Translations under genes and position numbers: made by a program
In this document: piece after piece, positions 17,663 through 25,383 of the stretch
Layout: each line of letters starts with the position of its first letter
Numbering within the stretch: position 1 is the first letter of the stretch
The notes under the pieces: generated by a model
Told to the model about the DNA's origin: nothing
What the model saw: the letters and a program-made list of their open reading frames with translations, nothing else
Database searches by the model: none
Source of the DNA: Candidatus Levyibacteriota bacterium
GTDB lineage: Bacteria; Patescibacteriota; Microgenomatia; Levybacterales; GWA1-39-11
Reading direction: 5' to 3'
Assembly (NCBI GenBank): GCA_030645455.1
Contig: JAUSNA010000016.1
Coordinates: 1 to 52,401 of the forward strand
Length of the DNA stretch: 52,401 bases

Positions 17663-20575
17663 TTATGGATTTACTTCCCGCCATTTTGTGTAAGTAGTCT
17701 TATAAAAATCTGTTAATTGTATAAGAAAGTCCGGCCTGGACACGACATACAGAGAAGGATAATTGAGATTTTCGATGCACAAACTTCTATCATTATGGAT
17801 AATTCCAGTACCCGAAGCCGCAAAAGGCTTAAGGCTATTTGCAACCAATGCTCCACCAATGTTGAGCCTTTTATCAGGATTTTCCCCGTCAGCGCATCCT
17901 CCACCATTGATATAAATACTTCCCTGGGCAGTGTAATACCCATCCAAATTGCTTGCCGTAGAAGTAACAACCGCAGCTCCAATTTCACCAACGATTGTTA
18001 TGTTCCTCTTTGCCGCAACAATAAATATACCCTGATTAATTGGTACAGAAATTGGTGTAGTAATTGTGACATTGCCATTAACCAAAATTACCACCCTTCT
18101 TCCATTCACATGATTATATGAATTTATGACAAGGTCTCCATTTGATTCGTATACACCGTTACCTACAATCTGATCTTGTTCAAGAATTCCAGGGACTAGA
18201 GGTGTTACCGTTACCCCATCCTGATAGGCCTTTGCCTTATAAAAGTCGTATGACATTCCACCATTTCTATTCACAGTATTTGAGTTAAATAAATACTCAT
18301 TGTTAACAACCCATTGCTTGATTGATGCAGATGCATCCCCACCACTACCTAAATCCACATTACTACTAGATGAATAAAATATCCCGGGAAAAGCTGACGC
18401 CTGAGGAGTATTCACGTTCTCACCCAAAGAGCCATATTTACCTGCAGGTATAGGATTTGTAAGATTGACAAATCTAACGTCTCCTAGATCTGTTTGGAAC
18501 CAGGGATCAATCGGCGCAATACAAAATACCGCTGTTTGACTTGTACTTCCTGTTGCAAATGACAATCTATTAGTTCCAATTGCCGACTCAACTGCAGGTG
18601 ATACATCGGTTCCGAGCACACTGTATCCGGCAGGAACCTGTAGAGTTAGTTGATAATTCCCTTGAGGAAGACATGTAAATGCAGTTGAACCTGATCCCCC
18701 ATTCGTCGTCTGATTTAGATTGACCGATCCACTATTGTTTATATTAAGAGTCGCCCCTGTGCCACCGATACCACTATAGGGATTGCCGCTTGAGGTATTG
18801 CACGCACCAACGCTTGTTACGCTTCTTACATGAGCTGTAACGCCTACTGTTGCCGGAACAGTAATTGATGTATTGTAGCTTGTAGTACCCCCCGCCCCTC
18901 CTACTGTTACTTGAGGCCTATAGGTAGTGAGTGTGCTTGGACAATTTGGAGCCGTCCAGTTGGTGGTGCTGCTAGTTGGAGTATCCGTCTGCACACCCAA
19001 TGTGGGTGGCGGATTATTTCCATTTATATCCGGGTTCCAACTAAATGGAGGAGGAGGAACTCCATTGTTGGGATTTTCGACATCTGTGCAAGATGTAACC
19101 GATAGCGTTGATGTCCCACCAGGACTTACAAAAGCAGGAATAGCCGAAAGTCCACCGGTGCACACGGGGAGGTTCTGCCTTATTCCAAAATTTATTGTTG
19201 GGCTAGAATTATTGAGCACTGTCGACTTTCCGGCGGGAGGATTTGTTAGGATATAACCAGAGGGGACAGTAAGTGTCACCGTATAACTACCATTTGCAAG
19301 AGCTCCAAATGAATAAGCACCAGTGCCACTTGAAGTAGTATTTGCACTTGCCGCACCACCAAGAACAATGGCTGCACCCCCATGTCCACTTTCTCCAATG
19401 TCTTTTGTGCCGTTTGAATTGGTATCGATAAATACAGCACCACTGATAGTATTTCCGGTCCACAATCCAAAATTAATGCCCGAATCGCCCTTTGAAGCAG
19501 TGCGTGAAGATGGAATTGAAATGTACCCGGTAAGTCCAATTGGAGACAACGTGTAACTTGTAGTTCCCCAAAGTACGGGCACCGAATAAGCACCTCCTCC
19601 ACCTGTTGTGACGACCTGCGTATCGAATGCTGAATTGGCATAAGACAAAATCAAAATGCCTGAGGCAGGCGAATCGCTTCCATTTTGAATACCGTCTCCA
19701 TTTAGGTCATAAAAAACCATTCCCGAAATATCAGTTGCAGGTGCAGGTCCGCCGCCAAATCCTCCTCCAGGGATACATGCCGCTGGCGGTCCACCATAGC
19801 AAATGTCTCCAGAGGCGCAACAAACTTGCCCAAACTCAACATATCCACACAGACTACATCCTCCGCCACCACCTGGTGGTGGAGGTGGTGGAGGCCCTCC
19901 GCCACCACCTGGAGAGGGAACAGGGCATATCCCCGACCCAGGTGCGCAATAAGTACAATCATTGCAGAAATTACCACTTACAGTACGCACATCATTGCAT
20001 GTGCCGCCTGCACCACAATACGTATCGGTACCCACACCACAACCGGTGCATGCCGTTCCCGAGCAGTATGAACCGGGAGTACAACTTCCTCCTGGGGGTG
20101 AGGTTGGTGAAGGAGAGCTACATGTTCCAGGCACTATCCCTCCGGTTGTGCAAGAGCTACCACTGCATACACCATAACACTCACAGGCATTTCCACTTCC
20201 ATCGGTACATGCTCGGTTAAAACAGTTTGAAGGCCCACATGATGATCCTCCTCCACTTGTGCATCCATCATACAAAAGACAACTCCCCCCGCCTCCACCA
20301 TAACCACATCCATACGCCCCACAGGAAGATATTCCTCCGCTGCCGGAACAAGATCTATCAAGTGCTCCAACCGGCGCCTGACACCTAGTTTCAGAAGCGC
20401 CACAACCAAGACTACCGCAAGGACATAAATTTCCACCGGAATCAAAACAACCAGTTACCGAATCACCGCAAGCAAATGTGCCGCTACAGCTCTGTGCTTG
20501 AACAGTGATAACTCTTACAAAGAAACCAGAGATAATTAAAGATAAAACAAGTAGCAGAAAAATAACTTTTCGCAT
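17663..20575 (-). CDS. Large secreted surface protein: Cys/Gly-rich tip, SdrD-B/Cna-B-like domains and a beta-rich C-terminal domain
   Basis: Signal peptide; 36 Cys in about aa 30-268; two repeats ISGMVFYDLNGDG / ISGAVFIDTNSNG (SdrD-B-like); C-terminal domain starting PWFQTDLGDV. Confidence 0.8.
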   Translation of the reverse strand: MRKVIFLLLVLSLIISGFFVRVITVQAQSCSGTFACGDSVTGCFDSGGNLCPCGSLGCGASETRCQAPVGALDRSCSGSGGISSCGAYGCGYGGGGGSCLLYDGCTSGGGSSCGPSNCFNRACTDGSGNACECYGVCSGSSCTTGGIVPGTCSSPSPTSPPGGSCTPGSYCSGTACTGCGVGTDTYCGAGGTCNDVRTVSGNFCNDCTYCAPGSGICPVPSPGGGGGPPPPPPPGGGGGCSLCGYVEFGQVCCASGDICYGGPPAACIPGGGFGGGPAPATDISGMVFYDLNGDGIQNGSDSPASGILILSYANSAFDTQVVTTGGGGAYSVPVLWGTTSYTLSPIGLTGYISIPSSRTASKGDSGINFGLWTGNTISGAVFIDTNSNGTKDIGESGHGGAAIVLGGAASANTTSSGTGAYSFGALANGSYTVTLTVPSGYILTNPPAGKSTVLNNSSPTINFGIRQNLPVCTGGLSAIPAFVSPGGTSTLSVTSCTDVENPNNGVPPPPFSWNPDINGNNPPPTLGVQTDTPTSSTTNWTAPNCPSTLTTYRPQVTVGGAGGTTSYNTSITVPATVGVTAHVRSVTSVGACNTSSGNPYSGIGGTGATLNINNSGSVNLNQTTNGGSGSTAFTCLPQGNYQLTLQVPAGYSVLGTDVSPAVESAIGTNRLSFATGSTSQTAVFCIAPIDPWFQTDLGDVRFVNLTNPIPAGKYGSLGENVNTPQASAFPGIFYSSSSNVDLGSGGDASASIKQWVVNNEYLFNSNTVNRNGGMSYDFYKAKAYQDGVTVTPLVPGILEQDQIVGNGVYESNGDLVINSYNHVNGRRVVILVNGNVTITTPISVPINQGIFIVAAKRNITIVGEIGAAVVTSTASNLDGYYTAQGSIYINGGGCADGENPDKRLNIGGALVANSLKPFAASGTGIIHNDRSLCIENLNYPSLYVVSRPDFLIQLTDFYKTTYTKWREVNP

Positions 20576-20620
20576 AAATTAAATAAGATATATAATTATC
20601 TTATGTCAAACAATACTCCA

Positions 20621-20639
20621 GCACAAGAAAATTACAAAA
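20621..20639 (-). repeat. Degenerate direct repeat of the glyS 3' end (with 23296-23314)
   Basis: GCACAAGAAAATTACAAAA vs GTGCAAGAAAATTACGAAG: 15/19 identical, perfect 12-mer core, and all four mismatches are transitions. Confidence 0.5.
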
Positions 20640-20657
20640 AAGCAAAATACAACTCAA

Positions 20658-21809
20658 TTATTTGACTCGCAATATGCTATTCCATCGAGTGGAGGATTTG
20701 GAAGGTATTAAGAATTTGTCAAACTCATAAACAATTGGCTGATTCTTTTTATATCCATCCAATGTTACTACCCTTGCATCCTGAGACTCTCTGTCACTCA
20801 ACAAAGCTAAGGCCCATTGGATATCATATGCTAAAGTAGATTCACTTTTTTTATATTCACTCTTATCATTTATATCAAATCCGTTATAGTCAAATATTTC
20901 GAGGTACAGCTCACCATTAATCAAACGGTGACCGTATTTATATCCCGCAAAGGGTGATAGTAAAGCCGTTGGGGATGATAAAAGTACAATATTGGTACGT
21001 TTTTTGGGATCAATAGTTATCTCTCCATAATCTAAAATGCTTTCCCCTTTGTATCCCTGAATTTTATATGTCATATCTTCACCATGGGCAACCTTTTCCT
21101 TAAACAGTTCGAAATCAATATCATTGCGACCATTAATGCCTTCAGTTTTCCAAGCCAAATAATGACCGTATAGAATACCTTGATTTAATTTTATTTCTGC
21201 ATCTGAATAATCTTTCTTATTCAAGTAGACTTCGTTAACCTTAATACCATCCTTTCGAACACCATCTTTACCCTGATTAGGATCATCAACAACACCAACT
21301 TCTTGCAATTGTTTTTGGATAGAAATTGTCGTGTTGCCAAAGTCCTGTATAAAACCTAATTCCAAGGGATATTTTTCAATCTTTTTTGATTCCACTGTAG
21401 GTGTTGCCTCAACTGTTGGATTATTTGTAGGTTCTAGTATTGGTGTTACATTTGCAGCTGCAACACCTTTAGGATCATCTTCTCCATCCGAATTAAGAAC
21501 TTGACTGGCCATAAAAGCACCTCCTCCTGCAATTCCTATTGCGGCAAGTCCGGCGGCAATTTTCCCCTTGATTCCTCCAAAAGGATTCTTATTGGGATTG
21601 TGCTCAATTGAAGGACCACGTCCCGGTGCAGGTGGAATAGTATTTGCCGGAACTTCACCAAAAGTCGCCTGCAAAATGTTGGGTTTATTACCAAATCCTA
21701 CCCCCTCAGCCGCAAAATTTAAAGGCTGAGAGCCAAACTCCTGAGCCTGGGGTAAAATCTGTTCTGGTGGTTGCGAACCGTTTTCGGCACTCATGCTGTT
21801 TTCAGCCAT
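20658..21809 (-). CDS. Hypothetical single-pass membrane protein with a Pro/Thr linker
   Basis: Disordered N-terminus, hydrophobic IAAGLAAIGIAGGGAF, linker PTNNPTVEATPTVE, and a C-terminal domain I do not recognise. Confidence 0.75.
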   Translation of the reverse strand: MAENSMSAENGSQPPEQILPQAQEFGSQPLNFAAEGVGFGNKPNILQATFGEVPANTIPPAPGRGPSIEHNPNKNPFGGIKGKIAAGLAAIGIAGGGAFMASQVLNSDGEDDPKGVAAANVTPILEPTNNPTVEATPTVESKKIEKYPLELGFIQDFGNTTISIQKQLQEVGVVDDPNQGKDGVRKDGIKVNEVYLNKKDYSDAEIKLNQGILYGHYLAWKTEGINGRNDIDFELFKEKVAHGEDMTYKIQGYKGESILDYGEITIDPKKRTNIVLLSSPTALLSPFAGYKYGHRLINGELYLEIFDYNGFDINDKSEYKKSESTLAYDIQWALALLSDRESQDARVVTLDGYKKNQPIVYEFDKFLIPSKSSTRWNSILRVK

Positions 21810-21844
21810 ATTATACCCCTATTTGCTATAGGGCATCAAGTTAT

Positions 21845-22624
21845 CTACTCATCATTAGTAGTCTCTTTGATTTCGATTGAGTTTATAGTGTAGTCATCTA
21901 TTTTTTTAAGCAAGGAAATGAGCTCATTTTCCTTATCAGGATTCATCTTTCCCCCTATTGGATTATAAGACATGCGGAATGTTGTCGTCATAAGATTTTG
22001 CAGAAAAAAATCTTCAGAAGAGGTATTTTTATTTGAATAAGCCTCGTCTGAAAGAAAAATATAAAGGTGAAAAGTGTTGCCATCAAAAGATAATCCGCTG
22101 GACGAAACCGGAATTTTTTTGAGCAAAAAATACTTATTATTTGGCTGCTCTTGATCCGTCAGATGAATTACTAATTTTTTAAGAACCTGAGTATATTTCC
22201 CAGGTTCTAGGTAATACTTCCTCCCAAAAACTCCAAATTGATTAGCAAATTGAGTCAAGACTTTTTTATCTCTAATTGATATCTTTACCAATGGTACATC
22301 TGAAACTACCTCAATTTGTGGAATCACACTCGCATCAACCAAATACAGGTCAGCATCAAGAGCTTTCTCGATCTTTTTTACATTACTTGGCGTTAATTGA
22401 CTTACTGGTTTTTGTTGATATCTAGTCGGTAGCCATCCAAAAAAGCCGGGAAATATTTTTTCCAAAGAAACAATGTTCAGATAATTAAACGCAACGATTA
22501 TTCCAGCAACGAGTACAATCAATCCAATAATTTCTACCGAAAGAATTTTTAAAGCATTTTTTTGCTGCTTTTCTTGTGAAGTATATGAAAATCCCTCATC
22601 CTTTTTATTATTTGCTTGCAACAT
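21845..22624 (-). CDS. Hypothetical membrane-anchored protein
   Basis: 259-aa ORF with an N-terminal TM and no recognised motif. Confidence 0.7.
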   Translation of the reverse strand: MLQANNKKDEGFSYTSQEKQQKNALKILSVEIIGLIVLVAGIIVAFNYLNIVSLEKIFPGFFGWLPTRYQQKPVSQLTPSNVKKIEKALDADLYLVDASVIPQIEVVSDVPLVKISIRDKKVLTQFANQFGVFGRKYYLEPGKYTQVLKKLVIHLTDQEQPNNKYFLLKKIPVSSSGLSFDGNTFHLYIFLSDEAYSNKNTSSEDFFLQNLMTTTFRMSYNPIGGKMNPDKENELISLLKKIDDYTINSIEIKETTNDE

Positions 22625-22625
22625 A

Positions 22626-23165
22626 CTAGTTCTTTTGTTCTAAGCCAAGAAATATTTTTCCTTGTATAAGAATTTTTCTGCTTAATTCTGGTGAGCGCTC
22701 TTTTGCCAATGAAGGTAAATTTGAAAATATTATATCCTGTAATGACTCTTCCCTTAATTTTCTCCCAGATTTTGTATTATCTTCCAAATAAAAATATGGA
22801 ATATTAAATTCTAATGTATATGCTGAATTATTCTTACGGTCAGTCACATCAAAATATGTCACTTTATTTTTTGGATCTTCAGTAACAACCATCCTATTAA
22901 CAATTATCTTTACCCTTTTGTTATTTATTGCGTCAAACAAACGGAAGTCCTCTTTCAAAACCTTTAGCAGGGCATCCTTATCTGTTATTGTAATGTCATA
23001 GTCTTTTGACTCAATTACAAATGAATAATCTTGCGTCTTTTCCTCTTCATTATTAACAACCGCACTCTTTTCACGAGTAGATGTAATAGATTTTCCCGCA
23101 ACAATTAGAACAAAAGAAATCAAAGCAATCGATAAAATAATGATACCTAGCCTCTTCTTGTTCAT
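22626..23165 (-). CDS. Hypothetical membrane-anchored protein
   Basis: 179-aa ORF with an N-terminal TM, 1 nt from the next gene. Confidence 0.7.
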   Translation of the reverse strand: MNKKRLGIIILSIALISFVLIVAGKSITSTREKSAVVNNEEEKTQDYSFVIESKDYDITITDKDALLKVLKEDFRLFDAINNKRVKIIVNRMVVTEDPKNKVTYFDVTDRKNNSAYTLEFNIPYFYLEDNTKSGRKLREESLQDIIFSNLPSLAKERSPELSRKILIQGKIFLGLEQKN

Positions 23166-23281
23166 ACTTTTTTAGATTAAATGAAATCTATGTAGACCTT
23201 AACTTAGATAATGAGCTTATTATAACTATATGCAACGGGTGGAAGTTTTGCAAACAAAAATTAGAAATAAAAGATAGTACA

Positions 23282-24742
23282 CTATACGAGTTTTTGTGCA
23301 AGAAAATTACGAAGTTCGGAAATTTTTATCCGTTGCTGCTCCATAGTGTCACGATCCCTAACGGTGACAGCATCGTCTTCCAACGTATCAAAATCAACAG
23401 TTATACAGTACGGTGTTCCTATTTCGTCTTGTGCAAGATATCTTTTTCCGATATTTCCCCTAGCATCGAAATTTATATAATAATTTTGAGAAAGATCTTT
23501 GTAAATTTCGCGCGCCTTTTGCATAAGCTCGGGCTTGTTGGCAAGAAGCGGAAAAACAGCTGCCTTGAATGGTGCAATCTTTGGCGAAAGCTTAAGAACG
23601 GTTCTTCCTTCTTCCTCGACATATGCATCAGACAAAGCCATTAGAAATATTCTATTGATACCAACAGCGGGTTCTATGACGTGAGGGAGCACTTTTTTCC
23701 CCGTTTGACTGTCCACAACTTTTAAGTCTTTACTTGCCCCCTTCTCATGCTGAGAAAGATCATAGTCGGTCCTATAAGCAAGTCCCCATAACTCCTTGAA
23801 TCCAAATGGAAATCTATACTCCAGATCCTCCGTTCTCTTGCTGTAAAATGATCGCTCTTCATCGCTGTGAGTTCTCCATCGTAAATTCTCGTCCTTAATA
23901 CCGATTGTCTTTGTGACAAATTCCCACATGTCCTTTTTCCACGTCTCGTATAACTCTTCCCAGTCAGATTCTTCAGGATCAAAGAAAAATTCTATTTCTC
24001 CCTGCTCAAATTCCAAAGTCCTAAAAACAGAATTTCCCGGAGTAATTTCATTCCGAAAACTTTTCCCCAGCTGCGCAATTCCAAAGGGAAGCTTGACTCT
24101 ATTGGATTCCAAAACATTTTTAAAATTAACAAACATTCCCTGCGCTGTCTCTCCCCGAAGGTACGCAAGGCTTTGGTCGCCCTCTACAATTCCCATATGT
24201 ACGGGGAATAGAAGGTTAAATTTTCTAACCGCAGTCCATTTGTCTCCCTTATTTTCACTGCAATTAGGGCAACCTATTTTGAAAACATTTATAAATTCGT
24301 CCATTTTTTCTTCACTCCACCCCTCAACTTTTGCAGTTTTTAAAGCCATCAAAAGCTCTTCACTTGAGATTTTCTCGGTTTTTGGGGGGTTTTCTCGTAG
24401 CTCTGCTTGAAGTGTTTCTATAAAGTCTTCCAGTAGGTGATCGGCTCGCATGCGGAGTTTGCAGTTGCGACAATCAACCAACGCGTCAGCAAACCCACCA
24501 ACGTGACCAGATGCTTTCCAAATCTCCTGGTGTGAAATTAAGGAAGCTTCAAGTCCCACGATATCTTCTCGTCTGTGAACAAACGCCTCCCACCATAAAT
24601 TCTTGATATTTCTCAAAAGTTCAGCGCCAACAGGTCCGTAATCATAAGTATTCGCAACTCCACCGTAAAGTTCGGACCCGGGATAGATAAATCCGCGTCT
24701 TTTGGCGAGTGCTACAATTTTTGCAAGTGAGATGTTTTCCAT
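23282..24742 (-). CDS. glyS: Glycine--tRNA ligase, homodimeric (alpha2) type
   Basis: KRRGFIYP, YDYGPVG, ASGHV, YLRGETAQG, FRNEITPG, FEQGEIE, HVIEPAVG and an anticodon-binding domain (QDEIGTPYC). Confidence 0.97.
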   Translation of the reverse strand: MENISLAKIVALAKRRGFIYPGSELYGGVANTYDYGPVGAELLRNIKNLWWEAFVHRREDIVGLEASLISHQEIWKASGHVGGFADALVDCRNCKLRMRADHLLEDFIETLQAELRENPPKTEKISSEELLMALKTAKVEGWSEEKMDEFINVFKIGCPNCSENKGDKWTAVRKFNLLFPVHMGIVEGDQSLAYLRGETAQGMFVNFKNVLESNRVKLPFGIAQLGKSFRNEITPGNSVFRTLEFEQGEIEFFFDPEESDWEELYETWKKDMWEFVTKTIGIKDENLRWRTHSDEERSFYSKRTEDLEYRFPFGFKELWGLAYRTDYDLSQHEKGASKDLKVVDSQTGKKVLPHVIEPAVGINRIFLMALSDAYVEEEGRTVLKLSPKIAPFKAAVFPLLANKPELMQKAREIYKDLSQNYYINFDARGNIGKRYLAQDEIGTPYCITVDFDTLEDDAVTVRDRDTMEQQRIKISELRNFLAQKLV

Positions 24743-24750
24743 TTGAGGCT

Positions 24751-24780
24751 AGTATATACTTTTCTTGCTGTAAATTGCAA
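24751..24780 (-). promoter_or_regulatory. glyS promoter (leaderless or very short leader)
   Basis: TTGCAA, 18-nt spacer, TATACT, then 8 nt to the ATG. Confidence 0.55.
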
Positions 24781-24841
24781 CCGCAAAGTTATAATTTCAG
24801 CTTATGAAAAAGCAAAACAGTCGGGCAAGGACAAATCTTTT

Positions 24842-25375
24842 TTAACTAAGATTTCCAATTACTCTCGACTTAAGTTTTCTCTCAATAAGACTTTCAATAT
24901 AACTTCTTGATTCGATTTCTGTAGCAAATTTATTCTCCACATCCCAATAGCCCAAATGCGTCAATGTTTTCATTTCAAATCCTAATAACGCTTCTTCGCT
25001 GTGTTCTCCTTTACTCAAAAATTCAAACACATGGGTAAATAGTTCTTTATTTACTTGTCCAAAAGGACATAAATTATCAACGAGTTCACAAACAAGAAAT
25101 GCAATTTCGCATTGCTTGAGCGTGTTTTTTCTTTCCTCAAAGGAATTGACCAGTTCTATTTCCGTCAAAATAAAATTCTTGGACGTTTTAAGCGAATGAA
25201 ATCTAATAAGATTTAGAAGCTCAATATGAGAAGAACGCCGGCTTGTGATTTTTCTAACACCTTTTGCCAGCACCTCAACTTTGCCGTAATTTTTCGTAAA
25301 AAGTGTAACAAACCGATCCGCTTCTCCCAAATTAACCCGCTTGACCACAAAACCTATGTCGTTGAGATATGTCAT
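24842..25375 (-). CDS. recO: DNA repair protein RecO (short form)
   Basis: N-terminal OB fold GEADRFVTLFT…GKV…AKGVRKITSRR; FEMKTLTHLGY; C-terminal ERKLKS. Confidence 0.92.
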   Translation of the reverse strand: MTYLNDIGFVVKRVNLGEADRFVTLFTKNYGKVEVLAKGVRKITSRRSSHIELLNLIRFHSLKTSKNFILTEIELVNSFEERKNTLKQCEIAFLVCELVDNLCPFGQVNKELFTHVFEFLSKGEHSEEALLGFEMKTLTHLGYWDVENKFATEIESRSYIESLIERKLKSRVIGNLS

Positions 25376-25383
25376 GAAAGAGA

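Noticed and set aside
19860-19915. GC-rich CCACC/GGTGG inverted repeats
   Set aside because: Explained by Gly and Pro codons of the GGGGG-PPPPPPP-GGGGG linker; not an RNA element.
24790-24845. Plus-strand TATAAT followed by a 13-codon ORF (MKKQNSRARTNLF*) between glyS and recO
   Set aside because: No good -35 at canonical spacing, and too short to support.
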